From: Gemmatimonadota bacterium
Lineage (GTDB): Bacteria; Gemmatimonadota; Gemmatimonadetes; Palauibacterales; Palauibacteraceae
Reading direction: 5' to 3'
Assembly: GCA_035464655.1 (NCBI GenBank)
Contig: DATHRZ010000012.1
Span: 4,225 to 68,224 of the forward strand
DNA: 64,000 nucleotides
Shown: piece by piece, positions 1 to 10,558 of the stretch
Layout of the letters: every line of letters starts with the position of its first letter
Position numbering within the stretch: position 1 is the first letter of the stretch
The notes under the pieces: generated by a model
What the model saw: the letters and a program-made list of their open reading frames with translations, nothing else
What the model was told of the DNA's origin: nothing
Databases searched by the model: none
Translations under genes and position numbers: made by a program

Positions 1-25
1 GTCGCGGCCGGGCTAGCGTGGCTCG

Positions 26-799
26 ATGCCCCATATCGAGCGCGTGCAGGTCGATGACATGGACGTTCCCGTGGAGGTTCGCGGTCGCTCGTCCGAGTCC
101 CTGCTCTTCCTGCCCGGGATGGGCGTCCACCCGCGTCACTACGCACCGGGACTCGATCGCCTGGCCCATCACTTCACGGTCGTCGCCCCCGACCTCTCGT
201 TCGGCTCGAACCGGTCGCTGCCACTCGACTACACGGGCTACCTTGCCTGCGTGGATGCCGTCGCCGACCGCCTGGCGCCGGGCGCGCCGCGAGTCGGGCA
301 CTCGCTCGGCGGCCTGCTCGCCCTGCAGGGTGACACGCCGGCCGTAGCGCTCTCGCCCCTGCTGCCGCTGCCCCTGGGCTGGGTCGGGCAGATCTGGCGA
401 GCCGTGCGTCTGCAGCTCCGCGAGATCGCCGGTATCGAGGGTGCCCGGGGCGTTCGGTGGGCGCTGGCGATCCTGGCCGAGTACGTCGGCATGGCGCTGA
501 CCGCGCCCGAGAAGCTCTTCCCGGCTCTCGCCTGTACCCATATCGAGTTCGGCGACGCTTTCCGTCCGAGCGCGCCGTCGATCCGTCTCGTCCTGGGACG
601 GTTCGACCAGCTGTACCGACGGTCGGAATACGGCCGCTTCGTCGAGGACGTGGGGCTGGACGCGAACGCCGTACGCTGGCTGCCACATGGGCACGACTGG
701 CCGGTCACCCGCCCCGCGGTGATGGAGGCCGAGGTGTTGTCCGCGCTGCAGGATTGGAGCGGCTCCGGCGGAATCAGTTCTGGAACAGCGCCAGCGTGA
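26..799 (+). CDS. alpha/beta-hydrolase fold protein
   Basis: ATG at 26; nucleophile elbow G-H-S-L-G-G (GxSxG) about 100 aa in; size typical of the fold. Confidence 0.6.
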   Translation: MPHIERVQVDDMDVPVEVRGRSSESLLFLPGMGVHPRHYAPGLDRLAHHFTVVAPDLSFGSNRSLPLDYTGYLACVDAVADRLAPGAPRVGHSLGGLLALQGDTPAVALSPLLPLPLGWVGQIWRAVRLQLREIAGIEGARGVRWALAILAEYVGMALTAPEKLFPALACTHIEFGDAFRPSAPSIRLVLGRFDQLYRRSEYGRFVEDVGLDANAVRWLPHGHDWPVTRPAVMEAEVLSALQDWSGSGGISSGTAPA

Positions 800-1974
800 T
801 CGACAGGCGCTGAAAGCTCTCCTCCACGCCGGACCCTCCGAGATCTCCGCGGGAGCCGATCTCGACCGCCACGTCGACCCGGGCCTGTTCTTCGGCCACG
901 CGTACCCCCAACCCCATCGTCAATGCGCGCTCCGATAGCTGGTCGCGACCCCGGGGGTGGAAGGGAAGATCCGTCCGGCGCAGGCCCAACCGCAGCGGCA
1001 CGTTGACACCCATGAGCCGCGTACCGGTCAACTCCGCGCCGATACCGGCCCACACGACGTTCGACGCGACGAAGTCGTCCGAGCCACCCTCGGCGCCCGA
1101 CCAGCCCGTCCAGCCGCCGGCCCCGGTGAGCATCAGGCGCTCGGAGACCCTGGCGCTGGCGCCGAGCTCGAAAGCCGCGGGCATGTCGAACTTTCGCGTC
1201 AACCCCTCCGCACCGATCGTGTCACGCTCGGCGGTGAGCGCGCCCTGGAGCGACACGTCGCCGCCGAGATGGATGTCGTCCGTCAGACCGACGGCGGCTC
1301 CGAAGCGGAAGCGTCTGCCGCTGTATTCCCAGTCGGTGATCCCCGACACCGATCCGAGGAAGCGTGACGGGTCGTCGATCGCCGGTTCGAAGTCCCGCCG
1401 GAACGACTGCTGCAGACGCCCCGTGACAATCGCGTACTCCGCGCCCAGGCTCACGGAGCCGAGACGACGCGCCAGGGTGAAGTTCACCGAGCTGAGCCCA
1501 CCGTCCTGGCTCCGCTGCTCCGTGAACGGGAAGGCGCCGTCCTCGACGGATAAAGTGTCGACGAAGGAAAGCTGCCAGTCCTGATCCAGCTCCGCCGCAA
1601 AGGCGACTCCGGCCGCCCACTCGTCGAACGGAATCGCGCCCCGGAGCACGGCCATCCGACTCCGGCCCGAGTCGGCATTGCCCGCGTCGCCTTTCACCGA
1701 CACCCCCTCCGGGGCGTAGGTGATCCCGAGGACGGGCTGCCTGTACAGGGCGATGTCGGCCGGGTTCCGGGCCGATACGCTGCCCGTTTCGAACCCGATC
1801 CCCGTACCGCCGAGCGCGGCGGAGCGGGCATCGATCGGCGATACCGGCGCGCCCAGGCCGAGCGCCGTGACGGGCGTCTGGGCGACGGCCGGCGGCGCTC
1901 CCATCGTCAGAGCCAGCCCTGCACTGGCCACCGCGATCACTACCCGGCCCACCGCTCGCCCCGTATGCCGCCGC
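774..1974 (-). CDS. outer-membrane beta-barrel protein (FadL/porin-like, family uncertain)
   Basis: Internal start MRRHTG...; signal peptide ending AVAQ; alternating amphipathic G/S/A-rich strands through to the C-terminus; the ORF-track N-extension overlaps the upstream gene and is rejected. Confidence 0.5.
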
Positions 1975-1993
1975 ATTCCAGATCTCCTCGTCG

Positions 1994-3262
1994 TCATGGC
2001 AGGTCGAATCCGGTGGACGGCGTGAACACGATGCGCACGCGGGGAGCGCGCGCGGGATCTTCGCGATGGCCGAACTCCCAGTATGCCAGGCCCCCACCTT
2101 CGGGCAGCACCCGAACTCCCAGGTTGAGTTCCGGCATCGAGTCGGGATCGGAGGCCGCCCAGTTCTGGACCAGGGCAGTGATGGAAAGCTGGAGATCGCC
2201 TCCGGCCTCCATGTCCTCCGGCAAAATCTGCACCGGATTCGACGTGTTCACGCCGACCGGCGTCTTCGGACCGAACTCGAACGGGTTCGACAGCAGGCTG
2301 AAGATGCTCGCCAGCAGCGTGTCGGTCGTAGCGAAGGGCGCCGGCGGCGTACCCGTCGACGTCAACAGCAAAGTGGCCCGGTTGATTCGCGCGCCACGTA
2401 ATTCCACCCCGCTCAGCGACTCCGGCAACTCGAAGCTCACGTAGGTGCGGGCCGCGGGAAGCCCGCCGAGGCGCAGACCCGCTCCCGGCGCGGGCGTCGG
2501 CGGATCGAAGACGAAGGTGTTCGCCGTCGGCGAGCGCAGCGTCTCGACCAGGGTGTCGCGCCCGACCGGCTTCACGTCGAACGCGAGAACGACCTGCTCG
2601 ACCGCCAGCACGGTGCCGTCCACGGGGCTCAGCAGGGCGAGCCCGGTCCCGCCGTCGGCCGCGCGCCAGGCCCGGAGGAGCGAGTCCGTCTCGACGGTCA
2701 GGGGAAGAAACATGGTATCGGCGGCGAGTTCCTCGATCTCGAGGGCTCCCAGCAGTTCTCCCAGGTCCCCGCCCGGTGCCGTCCACGGATCGCCGTCCGC
2801 CGCGTTCGACCAGGTCGCCTCCCGGGTAACGAAGTCGCGGGTCAGGGCGTACGCCTCGACCGAGCCGCCGGCTTCCGGCACCTCCGAGCCTGTCGTATCG
2901 AAGACGAGGCGGAGGCGGCCCGACTCGAAGCGCTCGACGGCGAGGCGTTCCCCACCGACGAACACGGAATCGGGGAGAGTGCCGAATCGGGCGAGGATCC
3001 GCGCCCGGATGTCGGCCGTCTGAGCGACGAACTTGCTCGCGCTCGTCGCCGCAAGCGCGTAGTCGGTGTAGGTCGTATCGCGCCAGGCCGGAAGCTCCGT
3101 GGCCGACAGTTCGATCTCCACCGTCGCCTGGCCCGCGCCGGGGGCGGAGTCGGGGTCGACGCCGGTGAGCGTGTCCTCCGTGCAGGCCCCGATCGAAGCT
3201 GCGCCCAGTCCGGCGAGCAGCAATCCGACGGCGCGCTGATGTCGCGCGAGCGATCGTCTCAC
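1994..3262 (-). CDS. hypothetical lipoprotein
   Basis: GTG start ([27 protein letters not shown]); lipobox-like IGAC with Cys; overlaps the cdd stop by 4 nt; no recognisable catalytic motif. Confidence 0.5.
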   Translation of the reverse strand: MRRSLARHQRAVGLLLAGLGAASIGACTEDTLTGVDPDSAPGAGQATVEIELSATELPAWRDTTYTDYALAATSASKFVAQTADIRARILARFGTLPDSVFVGGERLAVERFESGRLRLVFDTTGSEVPEAGGSVEAYALTRDFVTREATWSNAADGDPWTAPGGDLGELLGALEIEELAADTMFLPLTVETDSLLRAWRAADGGTGLALLSPVDGTVLAVEQVVLAFDVKPVGRDTLVETLRSPTANTFVFDPPTPAPGAGLRLGGLPAARTYVSFELPESLSGVELRGARINRATLLLTSTGTPPAPFATTDTLLASIFSLLSNPFEFGPKTPVGVNTSNPVQILPEDMEAGGDLQLSITALVQNWAASDPDSMPELNLGVRVLPEGGGLAYWEFGHREDPARAPRVRIVFTPSTGFDLP

Positions 3263-3684
3263 GCGGCGTCTCCGCCGGTCGCCGCCTGGAGATCGAAGGC
3301 GGCCGGCAGCAGCTCCGAAAGCCTCCATGCGGCTTCGCTGCCCGAGGTTCCGCGACTCACGATCCGCAGTTCGCGGCTGAACTCCGCCAGGGCCTGGCGG
3401 CACATTCCGCAGGGAGCCACCGGCTGTGCGTCGTCGGAGCACAAGTAGAGTCGCTCGAAGTCCGTCGCGCCGTCCGCGACGGCGGCCCCGAGCGCGACGC
3501 GCTCGGCACAGATCGTCACCGGATAGGACGCGTTCTCGACGTTGCAGCCCGCGTACGTGCGGCCATCTGAGGCCTCGAGGGCGGCACCCACCCGGAAGCG
3601 CGAGTACGGCGCATAGGCGGCCCGCCTGGCCGCTTCGGCAGCCTCCCGCAGGGGCGTCCAGCTCTCGTCCGGCTCCACGTTCAT
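3259..3684 (-). CDS. cdd: cytidine deaminase
   Basis: Zinc-binding motifs C-A-E-R-V-A and P-C-G-M-C-R-Q; 141 aa from MNVEPDE. Confidence 0.85.
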   Translation of the reverse strand: MNVEPDESWTPLREAAEAARRAAYAPYSRFRVGAALEASDGRTYAGCNVENASYPVTICAERVALGAAVADGATDFERLYLCSDDAQPVAPCGMCRQALAEFSRELRIVSRGTSGSEAAWRLSELLPAAFDLQAATGGDAA

Positions 3685-3686
3685 CC

Positions 3687-4815
3687 TCACACGTCTCCGT
3701 CGATTGCGATTCTCGGTATCCGGGAACTCCACCCGGTCAGGATCTCGTAGGCGATCGTCCCGCACGCGTCGGCCAACTCCTCCGGCGTGATCTCGGCTTC
3801 CCCGTCGCGCCCGAGCACGGTCGCCACGTCCCCGGGCTCCACGTCGTCGCGACCGGTCACGTCGACCACCGTCGAGTCCATCGTGATGACGCCGCGCGTC
3901 GGAACGGAGCGCCCGTGAATCAGGGCCCGTCCGCGGCCCGTCAGGCAGCGACGCAGACCGTCGGCGTAGCCGATGCCCAGCGTCGCCAGCCGCGCCCGAC
4001 CCGGCGCCGTCCAGGTGGCGCCATAGCTGACCGTACTCCCCGGCTTCACGTCTCTCACCTCGAGCACCCGGGCCCGCACGTGCGCGACCGGCGCCGGACG
4101 CCGGTCCACGACCTCGGCGCCATACAGCCAGACGCCCGGGCGGACGAGATCACCTGCCACGCCGGAGTACTCCATTGCCGCCGCACTGTTCGCGGCATGG
4201 CACAGCCCGGGGTCGACGCCCGCCGCCCGAAGGGCCCCGATCGATTCGCCCAGGCGCCGCCATTGTTCACGCGTCGCGGCCTCGTCCGCCTCGGCCGAGT
4301 GAAAATGCGTGAACGTAGAGGCGAGCGTCGCGCCGCCCTCCCCGAGAATCGCAGCGACCCGGGGCGCGACGCGCGCGACCTCGTCCCACGGGATGCCGAA
4401 TCGTCCCATTCCCGTGTCGATCTCGAGGTGCACGGGAAGCCCGGCGCCGCGGGCCCGCGCTGCGGCCGCGCACGTCGCGAGCGCCGCCGGGCTGCCGACC
4501 ACGGGCTCGAACCCGGCGGCCAGCAGCGCCTCGAGGTCGGCCGGCAGGGTCGGCGTGAACACGACGACGCGACCGTCCCAACCGTCCTCGCGGACCCGCA
4601 CGGCTTCGTCCAGCGTCGCCACCCCGAACCCGTACGGATCGAGCGGACCGAGGGCCCGCACCGCCAGCCCGGCCCCCGTCCCGTACGCATCGGCTTTCAC
4701 CATGGGAAGCATCCGGCAGCCGGCGGGGATACGTTGGGCGATGGCGGTGTAGTTGGCTCTCAACGCGCGGCAGTCGACCTCCATCCAGGCGCGCCGCATC
4801 GGTTCGGTCGGCATG
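3687..4815 (-). CDS. alr: alanine racemase
   Basis: PLP-lysine region [10 protein letters not shown]; about 376 aa from ATG at 4815; the ORF-track extension to 5576 is antisense to mazG and rejected. Confidence 0.85.
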
Positions 4816-4907
4816 GTTTCCAAGCGGGCTAGTATACCGGCCCTCACAGGGAGGAGCAACAGATTTCCAGCGAATCGAGACATCCGCGTGGCGACGAACG
4901 GCGCCAC

Positions 4908-5726
4908 CTGGACCGGGCGGTCGACTCCGACGATAGGCTCGGGCGGGCCCTCGCGCTCGTCCGCTATCTGCGCGAGCACTGCGACTGGGACGCGCGACAG
5001 ACGCCCGACTCGCTGCTGCCCTACCTGCTCGAGGAGGCGAACGAGGTGGCCGACGCCGTGCGCCGGGCCGACGACGCCGAGCTTCCGGGCGAGCTCGGCG
5101 ACCTCCTGCTCAACCTGGCCTTTCAGATCGTCCTCGCCGAAGAGCGGCGGGCGTTCGGGGCCGCGGAGGTCGTGGCCGAGCTCGAGCGCAAAATGGTCGC
5201 CCGGCACCCGCACGTGTATGGCGATGCCGACGAAGCACCCGACTGGGAGCGCATGAAAGCCGGCGAGCGGGCCGAGCGGGCCGACGCCGGGAACGGGCGG
5301 CGCCGCGACCCGCTCGCCGGCGTTCCGGACGGCCTCGAGCCGCTGAGCCGTGCCCTGCGGGTGCAGGAACGGGCGGCGGGCGTCGGGTTCGACTGGCCCG
5401 ACGTGGCCGGCGCACTCGGCAAGCTGCGCGAAGAGATCGACGAGCTCGATGCCGTCGTCGACGGCCGGGCCGCCTCTCCCTCGTCGGCCGGCCCGCCGCC
5501 GTCCGCCGCCGTCGTCGACGAAGCCGGCGACCTCCTGTTCGCCGCCATCAACGTGTGCCGGCTGGCCGGCGTGCATCCGGCGGCGGCGCTCGCCGCCGCC
5601 ACCGATAAATTCGCCCGGCGCTTCCGGGCGGTGGCCGAGCGCTCCGGGGCCGCCGGCATCGACATGACGGCGGCCGACCTCGAGACCCTCGACCGGATGT
5701 GGGACGACGTGAAGCGGGGCGAGTGA
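4908..5726 (+). CDS. mazG: nucleoside triphosphate pyrophosphohydrolase MazG (5' end uncertain)
   Basis: MazG motifs RYLREHCDWDARQTPDSLLPYLLEEANEV and a second EEAGDLLFAAINV half-domain; homology starts about 45 codons upstream of the first canonical start (GTG at 5046) with no ATG/GTG/TTG in frame back to the TAG at 4830. Confidence 0.7.
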   Translation: MDRAVDSDDRLGRALALVRYLREHCDWDARQTPDSLLPYLLEEANEVADAVRRADDAELPGELGDLLLNLAFQIVLAEERRAFGAAEVVAELERKMVARHPHVYGDADEAPDWERMKAGERAERADAGNGRRRDPLAGVPDGLEPLSRALRVQERAAGVGFDWPDVAGALGKLREEIDELDAVVDGRAASPSSAGPPPSAAVVDEAGDLLFAAINVCRLAGVHPAAALAAATDKFARRFRAVAERSGAAGIDMTAADLETLDRMWDDVKRGE

Positions 5727-5729
5727 GCG

Positions 5730-6002
5730 CTACCGGTTGAGCAGCCGGACCTCGCGCTGCCCCTTCCGCACGGCGGTTCCGACCACGATGCCGAACACGA
5801 TGGCGGTTCCCGCGCCGAGCACGGGCAGCACCGCGACCACGGGCGACAGCGCGAGGGTCGAGGCGACGCCGGCGAGCCACGGCGTCGAACGCTTCTGAGC
5901 GGCGTCCACGAACCGCAGCCGTTCGCTGACGAAATCGCGGACCTTCATATAACTGATCCCCATCCCGGCGCCGGCGGCGGCCAGAAACAGAAACTCGATC
6001 AT
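5730..6002 (-). CDS. small hypothetical membrane protein
   Basis: Strong SD AAGGAGG 7 nt before ATG (MIEFLFLAAAGAG...); two predicted TM helices; 90 aa. Confidence 0.45.
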   Translation of the reverse strand: MIEFLFLAAAGAGMGISYMKVRDFVSERLRFVDAAQKRSTPWLAGVASTLALSPVVAVLPVLGAGTAIVFGIVVGTAVRKGQREVRLLNR

Positions 6003-6093
6003 GATGCGACCTCCTTTCGTCCACATCGTACGGGAGACGTTGGAGGAAAGTTGCAGGCCGTACGGCCCGATCATCTCGATATCACATCATATA

Positions 6094-7389
<1,296 letters not shown>

Positions 7390-7478
7390 GAGCTCCGTCG
7401 GGTATCGGGGACGATGAGGTGGTACCGGCGCGAAGCTACGCCGGCCGCGTGGAACGCGTCAACGCGCTGGACCCGATT

Positions 7479-9566
7479 CTAGCCGATGCCGAAGCGCCGC
7501 TCGCGCTCCGCGTAGCGTTCGGCGATCACGCGGGCGAAGCGGCGGTTCGGCGGTCGGCCGAGCTCCGGATCGTCCTCCGCCAGCGCCCGGGCCCGGCGTC
7601 GGGCGTGTTCGAGCAAATCGAGGTCGCGGGCCAGGTCGGCGAAGCGCAGCCCGGGAACACCGTGCTGCTCGGGCCCGAACAGGTCGCCCTGTCCGCGTAG
7701 CCGCAGGTCCTCTTCGGCAATCCGGAATCCGTCGGTCGTACCGGCGAAGGCTCGCAGGCGTTCCGGGGGTCGCTCTCCCCCGTGAAACGCGATGCACCAG
7801 CTCTGGTTCGACCCGCGGCCCACCCGGCCCCGCAGCTGATGCAGCTGGGCCAGGCCGAAGCGCTCGGCATGTTCGATCAGCATGACCGTCGCGTTGGGCA
7901 CGTCGATTCCGACCTCGATCACAGTCGTCGCGACCAGGACATCGACGTCGCCGGCGAGAAAGGGCCGCATGATCTCGTCCCGCTCGCCCGCTGACATACG
8001 GCCGTGAAGCAACTCGACGCGCCGGTCGGGAAACCGCGCGGCGAGCTCGTCGACACCGGCGGTGGCCGCCGCCGCGTCGATCGCGTCGGACTCCTCGATC
8101 AACGGATAGACGACGTACGCCTGCCGGCCCTCGGCGAGGCGTTCCTCGAGCCAGTCGAGCGCCGCGGCGCGTGCCCCGTAGGCGCGCAGCGCGGTCACGA
8201 CCGGCTTGCGACCCGGCGGCATCTCGTCCAGCGTGCTGACGTCCAGGTCGCCGTACAGCGCCAGTGCCAGCGATCGAGGAATCGGGGTGGCCGACATGAC
8301 GAGCACGTCGGCCGTTCCGCCGGTTTCGGCCAGGGCGCGACGCTGGTCGACCCCGAAGCGGTGCTGCTCGTCGATCACCACGATCCCGGCCTGTCGGAAC
8401 TCGACGGCCTCCTGGATGAGCGCCTGCGTCCCCACGACTACCCGCACCTCGCCCGATCGCAGACCCGCCTGGGCGGCCTCGCGCGCGGATGCCGAGAGCG
8501 CGCCCGTCAGCAGGGTCACCTCGACCCCGAGCGGCTCGAACCAGGTTCGCAGGGTCGCCGCGTGCTGTTCCGCCAGCAGCTCGGTCGGTGCCATGAGCAC
8601 GGCCTGGGCCCCGTTCTCGACGGCCTTGAGGAGCGCGGCGGCCGCCACCGCCGTCTTACCGCTCCCGACATCGCCGTGCAGGAGTCGGTACATCCGCGCC
8701 GGCGACGCCATGTCTGCGGCGAGTTCGTCCCACACCCGCCGCTGCGCACCGGTAAGCTCGAACGGGAGCCGTTCCAGGAACACGTCCGACAGCCGGGCCG
8801 ATCCCGACATCTCGAGCCCCGGCTCGGCGCGACGGGCCGCCCGGGCCCGCGCGTGCAGCAACTGCAGAAAGAACAGCTCCTCGTAGGCCAGGCGCCGGCG
8901 CGCCGGCTCGACCTCGGTCAGCTCGGCCGGCTGATGCAGCGAACGGATCGCCACGTCGAGCGCCGGAAGCTTCAGCTCGGCCCGCCAGTCGGCCGGGAAT
9001 GGCTCGGCCTCGGCCAGCTCGGGCAACAGCACCTCGAGATTGTCGTCCACGATCGTCCGGATCTGGCGATGCCCGAGCCCCTCCGTGGCGGGGTAGACAG
9101 GAAACACCCGCCCCTCGGACTCGCCCGCGTTCCCGTCGTCGGCGTCGTCGCGGCCGGACAGTACCGTGAACTCGCGCGGCCGAAGCTGGGGCCCGTGGTA
9201 GAAGCCCACCTGTCCCGTGACGAGCAGCAGATCTCCCTTGCGGATCTGCCGGTCGAGCCACGGCTGACCGGGCCAGGCGCACTCGATCACGCCCGAGCGG
9301 TCGCGCAGCACCGCGCGGAAGATCCGCAGGCGGCCACGCGTCGGCAGGACGCCCCGCGCGACGACGCGGCCGATCACCGTCGCGTCGTCGCCGGGCCGGA
9401 GCGTAGCGGCGGCGCGCACGGTCGTCGCGTCCTCGTAGCGATGGGGAACGTGGTACAGCAGGTCGCGGGCGGTCTCGACGCCGAGCTTCGCGAAACGCTC
9501 GGCACGCCGGGGCCCGACGCCCTTCAGGTACTGGACCGACTTTTCCAGCCGACCCTCTGCCGTCAT
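7479..9566 (-). CDS. recG: ATP-dependent DNA helicase RecG
   Basis: Wedge domain; helicase motifs GDVGSGKT, DEQHRFG, TATPIPR; C-terminal QLRGRVGRG; 695 aa. Confidence 0.9.
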   Translation of the reverse strand: MTAEGRLEKSVQYLKGVGPRRAERFAKLGVETARDLLYHVPHRYEDATTVRAAATLRPGDDATVIGRVVARGVLPTRGRLRIFRAVLRDRSGVIECAWPGQPWLDRQIRKGDLLLVTGQVGFYHGPQLRPREFTVLSGRDDADDGNAGESEGRVFPVYPATEGLGHRQIRTIVDDNLEVLLPELAEAEPFPADWRAELKLPALDVAIRSLHQPAELTEVEPARRRLAYEELFFLQLLHARARAARRAEPGLEMSGSARLSDVFLERLPFELTGAQRRVWDELAADMASPARMYRLLHGDVGSGKTAVAAAALLKAVENGAQAVLMAPTELLAEQHAATLRTWFEPLGVEVTLLTGALSASAREAAQAGLRSGEVRVVVGTQALIQEAVEFRQAGIVVIDEQHRFGVDQRRALAETGGTADVLVMSATPIPRSLALALYGDLDVSTLDEMPPGRKPVVTALRAYGARAAALDWLEERLAEGRQAYVVYPLIEESDAIDAAAATAGVDELAARFPDRRVELLHGRMSAGERDEIMRPFLAGDVDVLVATTVIEVGIDVPNATVMLIEHAERFGLAQLHQLRGRVGRGSNQSWCIAFHGGERPPERLRAFAGTTDGFRIAEEDLRLRGQGDLFGPEQHGVPGLRFADLARDLDLLEHARRRARALAEDDPELGRPPNRRFARVIAERYAERERRFGIG

Positions 9567-9582
9567 CCCGCCCTCGATCGTC

Positions 9583-10527
9583 TCAGTCCTCAGCGAACAG
9601 CTTCTCCAGGTACCGATCGGCGTCGAACGGCTCGAGATCGGCCGCCGTCTCGCCGGTGCCGACCCAGCGCACCGGTAGACCCAGCGCGCGAGCCACGGCG
9701 ACGGCGGTCCCCGCCCGCGCCGAGCTGTCGAACTTCGCGAGCACGAGTCCGTCGAGCGCGAGTGCCTCGCCGAACTGCCGGGCCTGGGCGACCACGTTCT
9801 GGCCCGCCGTCGCGTCGACGACCAGCAGCCGCTCGTGCGGGGTGCCGGGGACGACCCGTTCGAGCACCCGATCGATCTTCCGCAGCTCGGCCATCAGGCC
9901 GCCCTGCGTGTGCAGCCGGCCCGCCGTGTCGACGATCAGCAGATCGACGCCACGCGCCTTCGCCGCCTCGGCGGCATCCCAGGCCACCGCCGCCGGGTCA
10001 CCGCCCGGCTTGCCGCCGACGAACGCCGCGCCGAGGCGATCGGCCCACTGACGAAGCTGCTCCTGGGCTCCGCTGCGGAACGTGTCGGTCGCCGCGAGCA
10101 GGGGCGTCTCACCCGCCTCGATCGCGCGATGGGCGAGACGGGCCGCCGTGGTCGTCTTTCCGGTTCCGTTGACGCCGACGAGCAGCACGACGCGCGGCGC
10201 ACCTCCGGGGGACGCCGGCGCTTCGTCCTCCTCTATTCCGTTCGCTCCGCGCTTCAGCATGGCCCGGATCTCGTCGCCCAGCAGGACCCGCAAGTCGTTC
10301 TCCGTCTTCACCGTTCCGCGACGGGCCGCGCTCTCGAGCGCTTCGACCAGTTCGAGGGTCGCGTCTATGCCGAAGTCGGCTTCGAGCAGCACCCGTTCGA
10401 GGTTCTCGATCGCGTCCTCGTCGACGCCTTTTACCAGCACCGACACGTCGGTGAGCGAGATGTCGACGATTTTCTGCCACAGCGACTTCTTCCGCCCCTC
10501 CGACGCCGGGCGGAACCGGTCCGTCAT
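9583..10527 (-). CDS. ftsY: signal recognition particle receptor FtsY
   Basis: NG domain GVNGTGKTTT, DTAGR, LAKFD; 314 aa. Confidence 0.9.
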   Translation of the reverse strand: MTDRFRPASEGRKKSLWQKIVDISLTDVSVLVKGVDEDAIENLERVLLEADFGIDATLELVEALESAARRGTVKTENDLRVLLGDEIRAMLKRGANGIEEDEAPASPGGAPRVVLLVGVNGTGKTTTAARLAHRAIEAGETPLLAATDTFRSGAQEQLRQWADRLGAAFVGGKPGGDPAAVAWDAAEAAKARGVDLLIVDTAGRLHTQGGLMAELRKIDRVLERVVPGTPHERLLVVDATAGQNVVAQARQFGEALALDGLVLAKFDSSARAGTAVAVARALGLPVRWVGTGETAADLEPFDADRYLEKLFAED

Positions 10528-10558
10528 GCAGCCTCCGTTGCGATGGGATCGCGACCGT

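Noticed and set aside
8004-10172. 722-aa plus-strand ORF antisense to recG/ftsY. Similar long antisense ORFs are at 14148-15737, 19794-21737, 21800-23038, 25376-27670, 27000-29186, 31017-32597, 37210-38973, 45465-47873 and 52347-54161.
   Set aside because: They are low-complexity R/A/G/P-rich translations with no motifs, each fully shadowing a strongly supported gene on the other strand. This is the typical stop-codon-poor artefact of 70% GC DNA.
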